From assembly GCA_038065495.1 (NCBI GenBank), contig JBBTQW010000002.1, positions 1,537 through 65,536 of the forward strand: 64,000 nt of DNA, in the 5' to 3' direction. The notes under the pieces were generated by a model. That model was not told where the DNA came from and did no database searches. It worked only from the letters and a program-made list of their open reading frames with translations. The translations under genes and the position numbers were made by a program. This document shows positions 10,598 to 20,389 of the stretch, in pieces (within the stretch, counting starts at the first letter, position 1; every line of letters begins with the position of its first letter). The stretch is from Patescibacteria group bacterium. Its GTDB lineage: Bacteria > Patescibacteriota > Minisyncoccia > Phycocordibacterales > JACOZG01.

Positions 10598-12850
10598 ATG
10601 CGACTGAAGCGTTTAGAATTATCTGGGTTTAAGTCTTTTGCGAAAAAGACGGAATTCTTGTTTGAATCTCCGGTGACGGCGATTGTTGGTCCCAATGGCT
10701 CGGGCAAATCTAATGCGACAGAGGCATTTCGTTGGGTACTCGGCGAGCGCTCGCTTAAGAGCTTGAGAGGCGCGAAAGGTGAAGATTTGATCTTCAACGG
10801 TGGTCATGCTGGCGCACGGGCAGCTCGCGCGGCTGTTACTCTGGTTTTCGATAATTCTGGCAAAGAATTTGATGTAGATTACACGGAAGTCTCAATTACT
10901 CGCGAAGTTTACCGGGATGGGCAAAATGTTTATTCGCTAAATGGTACGGCGGTTAAATTTCGCGATTTGTTGGAGCTTCTATCTCGCGCTTCGCTCGGCA
11001 CATCAGAGCACTTTATTATCAATCAAGGCGAGGCGGATCGCGTGTTGGCAGCTAATCCACGTGAGCGGCGGAGTTTGGTGGAAGATGCGCTGGGGCTGAG
11101 ATTGTATCAGTGGAAGATTAGCGAGAGCGAGAAAAAGTTACTGCAGACTAAAGCTAATCTCGAACAAGTGGCGAGCTTGCGCCGAGAAATTGCGCCGCAT
11201 CTAAGATTTTTAAAAAAGCAGATGGAGCGCGTTGAGCAGGCGGATTTATTGCGTCGGGAATTAAAAACTTTATATTTAGAATACTTAAAGCGCGAAGAAG
11301 TTTATCTGGAACAGGCAGAGAAAGATTTAGCACAAGAAAGTTCTGGGCCAAAAACGGAATTAGCCAAACTAGAACGAGAATTTGCGAAACAAGATGAGCA
11401 TAAAAATAAAACAGAGCAAGATGAGAATAAATTAGAGCAAAAGTTGCGGAACACTCTGGCCGAACTGGCGGAAACCGAAAGAAATCTGGCGAGCCAGCAA
11501 GAAGAGTTGATGCGAAAATTGGGTCGGTTAGAGGGTGTGATTGAGATCAAAACTCTGGCGGTGACGGAAAAGAGTGACGAAACCGAGCGCGACTTTGCTT
11601 ATCGCGAAGTGGCGGATTTTGCTGACAAGTTTAATCAAGAAATAGTTAGCTTAGAAAAATTGACTGATATATTCTCGGTTAAGAGCGCGCTGGCGAGATT
11701 AAAGAAAATGCTCACTGATTTTCTGACATTGGGACGGAAAAATAATCAAGAAGCAGAAAGTAAGCAGAGCGAGCTTAAGCAGTTTGCGCAAGAGCGGGCG
11801 AGTGTCTTGGCTAGTTTAGAAAAATTAAAAACTGAAGCTAGCGAATTAAAAACAGAAAAAGCAAAACTAGAGAGGGAACTGACGCAAGAGCTGGAAGCCT
11901 CGCGCGAGGCCTTGCAAGAAGTCTTTGTGCAGAAGACGCGCCGGCATGAACTGACAATAATTTTGAATTCTCTAACTGCGCGCGAAGATAAACTAAAGCT
12001 CGAACGCGCTAACTTTCTGGCTGAACTCGCAGAAGCTAAAGTGCTAGTTGATCAGGAAATTAGTTTATACCGGAATTTTGTGATTGCTGAACTAGAACAA
12101 GATAGAAGCAAACAAGAAGAACGCCGGAAGAAGCTCGAGCGTTTTAAAATTAAGCTGGAAGACTTGGGCGTGGAAACTGGCGACACAATGAAGGAGTATC
12201 AAGAAGTCACGGAGCGCGATGCATTCTTGACCAAAGAAATTAGTGATTTAGAACAAGCGGCGCTGGCGCTTAATCAAGTGATCGCCGATTTGCGGGAGAA
12301 GATTGATCAAGACTTCCACGAAGGTTTATTAAAAATTAATAAATATTTTCAAGAATTTTTCACGCTCATGTTTGGTGGTGGCACGGCGCACTTGGCGGTG
12401 ACGAAAATTAAGCAAGCTAGCGCGAGTGACGAACTAGAAATGGGAAATGAACTAGAAACAGAGAGAAGTAGCGAGGCTGATAAAATAGACAAACTGCCGG
12501 GTTTGGAAATCAGCGTCAACCTGCCGCGCAAGAAGATCAAAAATCTGGAGATGCTCTCGGGCGGCGAGCGCGCGCTCGTCTCTATCGCCCTACTCTTTGC
12601 ACTCTCTCAAGTTAATCCACCGCCGTTTCTTGTTCTTGACGAAACCGATGCCGCGCTGGACGAGGCTAACTCGCGCAAGTATGGCGAGATGATTGCTAAC
12701 TTGGCCAAACGCTCGCAACTGATTCTCGTTACCCACAATCGTGAGACCATGAGCCGCGCTGGCGTGATCTACGGTGTGACGATGAGCAGTGATGGCATCT
12801 CTAAACTGCTGTCCATCAAATTTGACGAAGCTGCGGCTTTTGCGAAATAA
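10598..12850 (+). CDS. smc: SMC-family chromosome segregation ATPase, short form
   Basis: N-terminal Walker A (VGPNGSGKSN), a long coiled-coil, and C-terminal LSGGERALVSIALLFAL...VLDETDAALD signature plus Walker B. At 750 aa it is shorter than canonical SMC. Confidence 0.75.
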   Translation: MRLKRLELSGFKSFAKKTEFLFESPVTAIVGPNGSGKSNATEAFRWVLGERSLKSLRGAKGEDLIFNGGHAGARAARAAVTLVFDNSGKEFDVDYTEVSITREVYRDGQNVYSLNGTAVKFRDLLELLSRASLGTSEHFIINQGEADRVLAANPRERRSLVEDALGLRLYQWKISESEKKLLQTKANLEQVASLRREIAPHLRFLKKQMERVEQADLLRRELKTLYLEYLKREEVYLEQAEKDLAQESSGPKTELAKLEREFAKQDEHKNKTEQDENKLEQKLRNTLAELAETERNLASQQEELMRKLGRLEGVIEIKTLAVTEKSDETERDFAYREVADFADKFNQEIVSLEKLTDIFSVKSALARLKKMLTDFLTLGRKNNQEAESKQSELKQFAQERASVLASLEKLKTEASELKTEKAKLERELTQELEASREALQEVFVQKTRRHELTIILNSLTAREDKLKLERANFLAELAEAKVLVDQEISLYRNFVIAELEQDRSKQEERRKKLERFKIKLEDLGVETGDTMKEYQEVTERDAFLTKEISDLEQAALALNQVIADLREKIDQDFHEGLLKINKYFQEFFTLMFGGGTAHLAVTKIKQASASDELEMGNELETERSSEADKIDKLPGLEISVNLPRKKIKNLEMLSGGERALVSIALLFALSQVNPPPFLVLDETDAALDEANSRKYGEMIANLAKRSQLILVTHNRETMSRAGVIYGVTMSSDGISKLLSIKFDEAAAFAK

Positions 12851-12861
12851 ATTTTTAGACA

Positions 12862-12900
12862 AAAAAATCCTCGCTAGCGTTGGGCATGCTAGCGAGGTGT
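12862..12900 (-). terminator. intrinsic terminator, possibly bidirectional
   Basis: Hairpin cctcgctagc..gctagcgagg flanked by an A-run on the plus strand, which is a T-run on the minus strand. It lies just downstream of minus-strand ORF 12927..13220 and of smc. Confidence 0.5.
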
Positions 12901-12926
12901 GACGCGGGGAGCGTCACATGGGGGGC

Positions 12927-13220
12927 TTAGTTGGAGCGAGAAGGGGAATGGGCGATAACTTGGAGTCCTGTGCTGGTGAGAAACTGGAGAAACGCTTGAT
13001 AGTCGCATTGTGGACAGCGTGGCACCAAACACTTCTTGCCGCCGGAGCAGATTGGCTCACAGAAACCAATCAGTCCTGGAATATCTTTTTCAGTTACCAA
13101 GAAGAATGTTCGTGTTTGTGCTTCCTGACCAGCACACCACAGCGCGTGACCCGTGATTTCTTGCCCGTCTCTCGACTTCAACTGAACCCGCGAATCAAAG
13201 ATCTGTTGCCGAGCGGCCAT
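12927..13220 (-). CDS. hypothetical small Cys-containing protein, GC-rich
   Basis: 97-aa ORF with CxxC-like cysteines (CPQC). Its own terminator lies downstream on the minus strand, and its composition is richer in GC than the flanking sequence. Confidence 0.3.
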   Translation of the reverse strand: MAARQQIFDSRVQLKSRDGQEITGHALWCAGQEAQTRTFFLVTEKDIPGLIGFCEPICSGGKKCLVPRCPQCDYQAFLQFLTSTGLQVIAHSPSRSN

Positions 13221-13402
13221 GACGCACTCCTTTGTCTAAATATGGCCTACCAACCCAGATAACCAAACGCCAAACAAATTATAACACACGCTGTGTTGTA
13301 ATTTTGACTCTAGTTATCCACTGGCTATAAGTATAGCAGGTTGCACTTTATTTGTCAAGTGGTGGGGAAGTGGCGTTTTGAGTTATAATTTCTAACAAAA
13401 TT

Positions 13403-13660
13403 ATGCGACCGAGAATTTCCAAACTAGAATTTAAGAAAGAAGTGAGACCCGCGCTGGCTAGCCACGGCTTTACGCCCATCCAGCGAGACAAGGTGGAAGT
13501 GGCCTTTAGTGGCAGCCTGGATGAATCTGGCGAATTTGCTGGGATTGATGCCAAAGAATTGGAGAATGGCCTGGAGCAACTAGCGAAACTTAATTTTTCT
13601 GCCAGGCAAATTGAGATAGTTAGAGAAGAGCTGGAGCAGAGATTGGGGAAGTCAGACTAG
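13403..13660 (+). CDS. hypothetical protein
   Basis: 85-aa ORF with no recognisable motif. Confidence 0.25.
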   Translation: MRPRISKLEFKKEVRPALASHGFTPIQRDKVEVAFSGSLDESGEFAGIDAKELENGLEQLAKLNFSARQIEIVREELEQRLGKSD

Positions 13661-13801
13661 CTTTTCTAAACAAAGCCAAAGTCTAGCGGCTTTTCTGATG
13701 AGCAGATTGAGCTGATTGAAGCGGAGATGAAGAAGTATTTGTAGAGTCAGTGGGTAGACGACCTAGAGTGTTTTGGTTATTTCTATGTAGTTGCTATAAT
13801 T

Positions 13802-14548
13802 ATGTTTATGAAGATTCTTGAATCAGTAAAAATCAAAAAAAGTCAGGGAACTCTAGACTGGAATAATTGGAGAAATACTATTCAGCAAATGGATTGTCTA
13901 ACTGGTTTGCAGTATATACCTGATGGTTCTGTAGATTTAGTCCTTACGGACCCCCCCTATGGCATAAGTAAAGAATTGAATTGCAAGGGACAAAGACTTG
14001 GTTCAACAGCAAAGTTAGATTTCAATTTTGGTGAGTGGGATACTTTTGGCAAAGAGTGGTTTCATATTGCAATAAAAAAGACTAGAGGATGGATGATGAC
14101 GTTTTGTGCAAAGAAAGACGTTGGATTTTTTATTGATACGTTGGAGGAAGACGGTTTTGTTGCAGTGGATGTTCTTGTTTGGCAAAAACCAGACCCAGTC
14201 CCGCTTAATGCTAAATCTCGTTTTCTTAATGCATGGGAAGCCGTTGTCATTGGTAAGCGTCCTGGATCAACATGGAATAGCAACTATGAACACAACATAA
14301 TTAAATGCCAAGCACCCAAAGGAAAAAATCGTTTTCACCCAACACAAAAACCAGTAGAATTGATTAAAAAGCTAGTATCATTGTCGACAAAAGAAGGTGG
14401 CCTAGTCCTAGATCCTTTTATGGGTAGTGGAACTACTGCGGTTGCATGTATAGAATCAAAAAGAAATTTTATTGGCTTCGAATTATCCAAGACTTATCAC
14501 AAAATGGCAGTTAACAGGATCAAAGAATTACCTACACCGCTATTTTAA
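13802..14548 (+). CDS. DNA methyltransferase, beta-class N6-adenine/N4-cytosine type
   Basis: Motif IV DLVLTDPPYGIS precedes motif I (VLDPFMGSGTTAVAC), and there is a HPTQKPVEL motif. The gene is AT-rich and a TATAAT sits immediately upstream. Confidence 0.85.
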   Translation: MFMKILESVKIKKSQGTLDWNNWRNTIQQMDCLTGLQYIPDGSVDLVLTDPPYGISKELNCKGQRLGSTAKLDFNFGEWDTFGKEWFHIAIKKTRGWMMTFCAKKDVGFFIDTLEEDGFVAVDVLVWQKPDPVPLNAKSRFLNAWEAVVIGKRPGSTWNSNYEHNIIKCQAPKGKNRFHPTQKPVELIKKLVSLSTKEGGLVLDPFMGSGTTAVACIESKRNFIGFELSKTYHKMAVNRIKELPTPLF

Positions 14549-15520
14549 TGGATAGATTAATTTGGCCCCAATTCTTTTTGCATCCTTGGCTGTAAGTGAG
14601 GCTTGTTTTCTTCTTACCTCCTTGTCTTGCTCAGCATATCTTTTTTGTTTAGCTTTTAATTTTTGTTTAAGTAATCGGACAACCTTTTTTGAGTCTGCTT
14701 CGTAAATTCTCTTGACGGCAAAATCATTTTTATCGACAGTGGCCAGTATTATACTTTTGTCATTAAGGTATTTTTTCAGAACGTCTTTTGAGATGTCTTG
14801 GAAGCTCCAACTTGAACTTTTTGATACCTTATATTCATACGTGTTACCAAAAAAATCAATAGCATCATGTTTGGCTTGCTCAGATTCAACTTTATGCCCC
14901 AGTTTTAAGGCGACTAATACCTCCCAGAACTTGTTGCTAGTCAGAATGTTTTTGGTTCCTACTAGTTTTTCGATTTTTAATACAGTGTCTACGATTTTCT
15001 TTATCCACTCAGAATATATACCCGAACATAGGCCCGCCGTCTCGTGTTTTGTGAGAGCCAAATTTGTTTCAATTTGCTTGGAACCCACGTTGATCATTTT
15101 CCTGTTGTTTTTTATTTTTTGTGTGGCTTCTGCAAGATACTTAGACATAATCATGCCCGCAACTTCGTAATACCAATCGAAGACGGGAAACGGTACATTC
15201 TTGTCTTGAATATGAGCAAAAATAACACTTTTAACCTTGGTTAACTTTTCAATGGTCGTTTTTGAGAAATCGTTAAAAGTCCAAGTGTGATTAGAGCTAC
15301 TTTCTTTATAGTGTTTATATTCATATTCGTTACCAGCCTTATCCTTAGCATCTCGTGACCCAGAGTGACCCGGAATAAGCTTATGATTAAGGGTGTCTGC
15401 AATAAGAACCTCAAATACCTTACTATTTGTTATAATGTCTGTAACACCGAAGGTGGCGAAGAAATCGGCCTGGATTTGCCTAAGTTCCTCTACAAGACTT
15501 TCTGTGGTGTCGGTATTCAT
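14540..15520 (-). CDS. putative restriction endonuclease with tandem-duplicated domains
   Basis: Located between two MTase genes. The two halves are clearly homologous (..GHSGSRDAKDKAGNEYEYK.. versus ..ESEQAKHDAIDFFGNTYEYK..), each carrying a D-x9-E-x-K-like motif. There is no secure family assignment. Confidence 0.4.
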   Translation of the reverse strand: MNTDTTESLVEELRQIQADFFATFGVTDIITNSKVFEVLIADTLNHKLIPGHSGSRDAKDKAGNEYEYKHYKESSSNHTWTFNDFSKTTIEKLTKVKSVIFAHIQDKNVPFPVFDWYYEVAGMIMSKYLAEATQKIKNNRKMINVGSKQIETNLALTKHETAGLCSGIYSEWIKKIVDTVLKIEKLVGTKNILTSNKFWEVLVALKLGHKVESEQAKHDAIDFFGNTYEYKVSKSSSWSFQDISKDVLKKYLNDKSIILATVDKNDFAVKRIYEADSKKVVRLLKQKLKAKQKRYAEQDKEVRRKQASLTAKDAKRIGAKLIYPLK

Positions 15521-15522
15521 CG

Positions 15523-16347
15523 ATGAAGACTATATCAATAAAAACCAAAATAAGCACTACTAGCGAGAATGCGCTGGTCTTTGGCGATGCCCTATTAACC
15601 CTAAAATCTTTACCAGACAATTCGGTCAATCACTGTTTTACCGACCCACCATATAACATATCTGGTTATGATAACAAGAAAAAAATTGGCTGGCTTCAGT
15701 CAAACCAAACATGGGTTAAGAAAAAGAAATTCACAAAAATAGACGCAGCTTGGGATAAATTTTCTGATGATGACTACGACACATTTAGTAGGGCGTGGAT
15801 ATCAGAGGTCATAAGAGTTTTAAAACCCAATGGCAACATCATTATTTTTGGTTCCTATCATAATATATATAAAATAGGTTCAATTCTCCAACAGCTTGAT
15901 CGTAAGCTGATAAATTCTATTGTTTGGTACAAAAGAAACGCATTTCCAAATGTAACACAAAGAATGTTTTGTGAAAGCACAGAACACATTATTTGGGCCG
16001 CGAATGAAACGCAAAAAAAAGCAAAAAATTGGACATTCAATTATAAGGACGTGAAAGCCTTAAACGGTGGTGTTCAGATGAGAAACATGTGGGACATCAC
16101 TACAACCCCTGCTTCGGAAAGGGTGCATGGAAAACATCCGTCCCAGAAGCCAATTGAGGTTCTTAATCGGCTTGTCCTTGGTTGTAGCAATAAAGACGAC
16201 ATCATAATCGACCCCTTTATGGGCAGTGGAACGTTACCAGTCGTGGCCCAGATTAATGGTCGAAGGTATATTGGTATCGATAGTGAAAAAGATTTTTGTG
16301 ATCTGGCCCTAAAGAGAGTTAAAGCTGAGTACAGTCGTTTATTTTAA
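15523..16347 (+). CDS. DNA methyltransferase, beta-class N6-adenine/N4-cytosine type
   Basis: CFTDPPYNIS (motif IV) followed by HPSQKPIEVL and IIDPFMGSGT (motif I). Confidence 0.85.
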   Translation: MKTISIKTKISTTSENALVFGDALLTLKSLPDNSVNHCFTDPPYNISGYDNKKKIGWLQSNQTWVKKKKFTKIDAAWDKFSDDDYDTFSRAWISEVIRVLKPNGNIIIFGSYHNIYKIGSILQQLDRKLINSIVWYKRNAFPNVTQRMFCESTEHIIWAANETQKKAKNWTFNYKDVKALNGGVQMRNMWDITTTPASERVHGKHPSQKPIEVLNRLVLGCSNKDDIIIDPFMGSGTLPVVAQINGRRYIGIDSEKDFCDLALKRVKAEYSRLF

Positions 16348-16402
16348 GCTACGAAAGATTTTACTTCTATTATGTAAAGGTTTGTACATTTGTACAGTTA
16401 AG

Positions 16403-16624
16403 TTATTCAAGCACACTCAACAATTTACTCGGCGAATGATGGCCGTTGATGACGTGGATTTTCTGGCGGGGGATTTTGAGATAATCAGCCAGTAATTCGA
16501 GAACGCGGTTATTGGCGCGATTACGCTCGGCTGGCTCACGGACAGAAATCTGGAAATAATTCTCGCGAGTTTTCTCTAGTTTCTCAACCTTCGCTTCAGC
16601 CGTAACGCTCACGTGCAGGTACAT
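16403..16624 (-). CDS. DUF167 (YggU-like) family protein
   Basis: 73 aa with a by-eye match to the UPF0235 pattern. Low certainty. Confidence 0.45.
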   Translation of the reverse strand: MYLHVSVTAEAKVEKLEKTRENYFQISVREPAERNRANNRVLELLADYLKIPRQKIHVINGHHSPSKLLSVLE

Positions 16625-16627
16625 TTT

Positions 16628-18547
16628 CTAGACAAACCCGAAATCTAACATTTTCTCTTTTAGTTCTGCTCGCAGAAGCTTGATGCGCACGCGGTCGCCG
16701 AGACGGAAGCGTTTGCCGGAGTTCCGGCCAATCATCGAGTATTGCTTCTCGTCAAAAATATAATAATCGTCACTCAAGTCGAGCAGGCGCACTAGGCCCT
16801 CGGCCAAAGTATTATTCTCTTGCACAAAGATACCCCACTTGGCGAGGCCGGAGATCACGCCATCAAAGACTTCGCCCACATGATCGGCTAAGTACTCCAC
16901 TTGTTTGTACTTCACCGAGTCGCGCTCGGCCTCCGAGGCTTGCACTTCCATTTGCGAAGAGTGGAGCGCCAGTCTGTCGTAATTTTTTAGCAAATCCGGG
17001 CTCGGCTTCTCATGTCGCAAATATAAATCTAATAATCTGTGCACCATCACATCCGGATAACGCCGAATGGGCGAGGTAAAGTGGGTGTAATAAGCAAAAG
17101 CTAAGCCGTAGTGGCCGATATTTTTCATCGCGTAAATAGCCTTGCTCATGCTTCTCATTGTGGCGGTTTGGATCATCACTTCTTCCGGTGTGCCGCGTGA
17201 CTGTTTCAACAAATCATTTAAGCTTCTCTGATCAATTTTCTCGCTGTCGAGCTTGATCTTGTAACCAAATGGGCCAATAAAATTCGCGAGCTGTTTGAGC
17301 TTTTCGCGATCTGGCAAATCGTGAATCCGGTAAATAAACTTTTTGTCGGCATTCTGAACAATTTTTGAGACAAATTCCGCCACGCGACGATTGGCGAGCA
17401 ACATAAAGTCTTCCACCAGCAAGTGAGAATCTGTGCGATGCTTCTTAATCACTTCCACCGGATGACCAGTTTCGTCTAGTTTAAATTTGATTTCGTCACG
17501 ATCAAAAGTGATGGCGCCGTTTTGCATCTTTTCGGCGCGTAACTTGTACGCAATTTTGTTGACCTGATTTAGTTCTTCATAAAACTGACCAGACTTCGCA
17601 TCCAATATTTCTTGCACTTGCTCATAACTAAAGCGTTTATCAGAATGGATCACCGTTCGTCCGAACCATTCTGATTCTAGTTTGAGTTCTGTTGTGAAAG
17701 TGAAGATAGCCGAAAAAGTGAGTTTATCTTCTTTCTCGTTTAAGCTACACAAATCATCACTCAAAACTTCCGGTAACATCGGAATCGTTCTATCTACTAA
17801 ATAAATCGACGTCGCGCGCTTCTGCGCTTCTTGATCCAGTTTACTGCCCGGGCGCAGGTAATGTGCTACGTCAGCAATGTGCACGCCGATCTCAATTTTG
17901 CCATCTGGTAAAACTTGATAAGACAGCGCATCGTCAAAGTCTTTCGCGTCTATTGGGTCAATTGTAAACGTGAGAATCTCACGACAGTCACGCCTGTTCT
18001 TGATCTCTGCTTCTAAATCAGTTTTTGCCTGTTGCTTAATTTGCTCTGCTTCTTGTTCCACTTCGGGTGGGAAGCTGGGTTCGAAGCCTTTCTCATACAC
18101 AATCGCGCGCATTTCCGTCTCGTGCAGGCCAGGCTGGCCGATGACCGTCAACACTTCGCCGATAGGATCTTTCTTGGCATCGCTCCATTCGATAATCTTG
18201 CCTAGCACTTTGTCGCCAGTTTTCGCGCCGTTTAGTCGCTCATTAGTAATTAGAATATCTTTGTACACGCGCTTATCGTCCGGCACGAGATAGTGGAAGC
18301 CGTTCTCTGGCTCCAGCACGCCCACAAATTGCAACTTTTTGCGTTCCAGAATCTCCAACACTTCGCCGGTTTGGAACTCGCCTTCGATCTTTGGCTGGAG
18401 CAAAAGCTTAACGCGATCGCCGTGTAGCGCCGTGTTGAGAAAATTCGCGCCCACTTCTACCGCTTCGCCGTTCTTGACTGTTTCGTCCAGGCTCACATAA
18501 CCCACGCCTTTGGCCGAGATTCTAATTATTCCTTCGAGATATTTCAT
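16628..18547 (-). CDS. rnr: ribonuclease R (RNB family 3'-5' exoribonuclease)
   Basis: RNB signature HYGLAFAYYTHFTSPIRRYPDVMVHRLL and a C-terminal S1 domain. The likely start is MKYLEG at 18547 rather than the upstream TTG/ATG at 18628. Confidence 0.9.
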   Translation of the reverse strand: MKYLEGIIRISAKGVGYVSLDETVKNGEAVEVGANFLNTALHGDRVKLLLQPKIEGEFQTGEVLEILERKKLQFVGVLEPENGFHYLVPDDKRVYKDILITNERLNGAKTGDKVLGKIIEWSDAKKDPIGEVLTVIGQPGLHETEMRAIVYEKGFEPSFPPEVEQEAEQIKQQAKTDLEAEIKNRRDCREILTFTIDPIDAKDFDDALSYQVLPDGKIEIGVHIADVAHYLRPGSKLDQEAQKRATSIYLVDRTIPMLPEVLSDDLCSLNEKEDKLTFSAIFTFTTELKLESEWFGRTVIHSDKRFSYEQVQEILDAKSGQFYEELNQVNKIAYKLRAEKMQNGAITFDRDEIKFKLDETGHPVEVIKKHRTDSHLLVEDFMLLANRRVAEFVSKIVQNADKKFIYRIHDLPDREKLKQLANFIGPFGYKIKLDSEKIDQRSLNDLLKQSRGTPEEVMIQTATMRSMSKAIYAMKNIGHYGLAFAYYTHFTSPIRRYPDVMVHRLLDLYLRHEKPSPDLLKNYDRLALHSSQMEVQASEAERDSVKYKQVEYLADHVGEVFDGVISGLAKWGIFVQENNTLAEGLVRLLDLSDDYYIFDEKQYSMIGRNSGKRFRLGDRVRIKLLRAELKEKMLDFGFV

Positions 18548-18675
18548 GTTTCTGCAGTCTATAATAAAAAAGAGAGCCCGACAACCAGCGACGGTTATCG
18601 GGCCCTCGGCACTCGCGTGAGTCGCCATCTTGAGTGTTCGGGACTAGACGTGAAATGGCGACTCACGTTTTGGTC

Positions 18676-19062
18676 TCAGTTGGGTTGGGGTGACGGAGTG
18701 AGACCAGCAACGATATTGCCAGTAGCATCCGCCAGGCCTAAGGCAAAACCAGAGACGAAGACTTCGCGCAGGTCGCCTTCTGGAGTGTGGTAAACATAAA
18801 GAAATTCTGGACCCTCGTGTTCGATGTTTACTGTCTCAGCAGGTTCTGCCATAATTCCTGGTCTGGCCGCCAGCCAATCTTTGGCACTCTGGACCAACAA
18901 CATACTCCGTTGTGGCAGTTCCGATGCTGGGATTGGCCACCGGATTTCTTTTTTCAGCGCCGGCTTCTCACTGGTTTCGTCTTCCCGTGAGCCACCAGCT
19001 CCCGACATGATACCTGTAGGCTTGAACAACCCACCTCCTGTGGGCTGTCTCTCTGTTTGCAT
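18676..19062 (-). CDS. hypothetical protein, GC-rich
   Basis: 128-aa ORF. A minus-strand terminator hairpin (cccgataac..gttgtcggg plus T-run) lies at ~18575..18610. Confidence 0.3.
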   Translation of the reverse strand: MQTERQPTGGGLFKPTGIMSGAGGSREDETSEKPALKKEIRWPIPASELPQRSMLLVQSAKDWLAARPGIMAEPAETVNIEHEGPEFLYVYHTPEGDLREVFVSGFALGLADATGNIVAGLTPSPQPN

Positions 19063-19143
19063 AAATCACCGTCACTTTCTGTCCCAACTGGGACTGTAAA
19101 GAGCTAAATTCCGAGCAACACAACAAGCCCTAGTCTAGCAGGT

Positions 19144-19172
19144 TTGACTGTTTAATACAAGTTTGCTAAGGT
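19144..19172 (+). promoter_or_regulatory. sigma70-like promoter TTGACT-N17-TAAGGT upstream of rpsP
   Basis: Hexamers read directly from the sequence; ends ~12 nt before the rpsP ATG. Confidence 0.4.
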
Positions 19173-19184
19173 GTATAACTAAAC

Positions 19185-19622
19185 ATGTTAAAAATCAGAT
19201 TACAACGCGTGGGCCGCAAGAATGATCCGAGCTTCCGGATCGTGGTGATGCCGCATCAAAAAGATTCCCAGAGTGGCAAAGTCACAGAAATTCTTGGCTC
19301 TTACAATGCTCGCCACGGCAAGCCACAAGTTAATGCTGAACGGGTGAAGCACTGGCTCGCGCAGGGTGCGCTCGCTTCTGGCACTGTCCACAATATTTTG
19401 GTCAAACAAAAAGTGATTACCGGCAAAACGGTAAATGTGTTACCAAAGCGCAAGGCTGTGGAAAAGAAACCAGAAGAGGCGAGTGCCGAAGCGCCAAAAG
19501 CTGAAATTGCTCCAGAAAAGATTGAAGAAAAGGCAGAAGAGAAACCAGAAGAAAAAGCCGAAGTAGAAGTAGTAGAGGTTAAAGCTGAGGAAACTAAACC
19601 CGAAGAAACGGTTACGGCTTAG
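19185..19622 (+). CDS. rpsP: 30S ribosomal protein S16 with a Lys/Glu-rich C-terminal extension
   Basis: MLKIRLQRVGRKNDPSFRIVV.. N-terminus. The C-terminal ~60 aa is a low-complexity K/E/A repeat. Confidence 0.9.
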   Translation: MLKIRLQRVGRKNDPSFRIVVMPHQKDSQSGKVTEILGSYNARHGKPQVNAERVKHWLAQGALASGTVHNILVKQKVITGKTVNVLPKRKAVEKKPEEASAEAPKAEIAPEKIEEKAEEKPEEKAEVEVVEVKAEETKPEETVTA

Positions 19623-19685
19623 TGGGGTTTGACTAGCCGAGCGGCTTTGTTAAAATAAAGTAATTAGCAGTAATGTTGTAAAATC

Positions 19686-20039
19686 ATGTCTGAAAAATAT
19701 CAAGATCAGGAGTTTCTCGAAAATTTAATCAAGTCTCTAGTGGATAATCCAAATGATGTGAAGCTGGTGCGGACGGTGGACGAAATGGGCGTGCTAATGA
19801 CGCTAGACGTGAACCCGGCGGATATGGGGAAAATAATCGGCCGGATGGGTAATACAGCAAAAGCAATCAGAACTCTACTCCGCGTGGTGGGGATGAAGCA
19901 CAATGCCAGAGTCAATCTCAAAATCAACGAACCAGCCGGCTCACCACGGATGACTTCTTCTGCCGCTCCCGCCTCTAATCCTATGGCCCGCAGTACTTCG
20001 CAGTCTGTTGATGACGCGATGAACGATATTAAGAGCTAG
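19686..20039 (+). CDS. KH-domain RNA-binding protein (YlqC/UPF0109-like)
   Basis: The GKIIGRMGNTAKAIRTLL motif matches KH GxxG. Its position after rpsP is the canonical one. Confidence 0.8.
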   Translation: MSEKYQDQEFLENLIKSLVDNPNDVKLVRTVDEMGVLMTLDVNPADMGKIIGRMGNTAKAIRTLLRVVGMKHNARVNLKINEPAGSPRMTSSAAPASNPMARSTSQSVDDAMNDIKS

Positions 20040-20061
20040 TTTTTCACAACTCATTCGCAAC

Positions 20062-20089
20062 TTGACAAAATCTACCGGCCCGCTATACT
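20062..20089 (+). promoter_or_regulatory. near-consensus sigma70 promoter TTGACA-N16-TATACT
   Basis: The hexamers are identical to those of the rpoB promoter at 25284..25311. Drives the small ORF at 20133. Confidence 0.55.
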
Positions 20090-20132
20090 AGAGCTGGCTG
20101 GGGGTTTGTACATTTTTTTGAAGGAGCTACGG

Positions 20133-20360
20133 ATGGCTCGGAACGTTCATGTGGATCCAACTGTGTTGTGTGATCTTGGAGACGCCGCGGAAGGCCGCGA
20201 ACCTTTCCGAGGTTTCGGCCTTGGTTGGAGAGAGTCAGAAAGCTTGGCGATCTCCCCGGATGTCGAGGAAGGCTTTGATTATGCCATGGCCCTAAAGCGG
20301 GCCAGGGCCAGAGGCCGCAAGCGCCTTGCTCAGGCGGCTGAGCGAACGGGCAATGCCTAA
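20133..20360 (+). CDS. small basic protein (75 aa, Arg/Ala-rich C-terminus), unknown function
   Basis: Strong RBS AAGGAG 6 nt upstream of the ATG. The ORF is GC-rich relative to its neighbours, has a consensus promoter upstream and an intrinsic terminator immediately downstream. The C-terminus KRARARGRKRLAQAAERTG suggests nucleic-acid binding. Confidence 0.4.
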   Translation: MARNVHVDPTVLCDLGDAAEGREPFRGFGLGWRESESLAISPDVEEGFDYAMALKRARARGRKRLAQAAERTGNA

Positions 20361-20389
20361 TCAGCACGGTGGATTATCCACACAGAACC

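Noticed and set aside
14712-15244. Plus-strand ORFs inside the putative restriction endonuclease gene
   Set aside because: Hydrophobic low-complexity translations of the AT-rich antisense strand; the R-M gene organisation explains the region.
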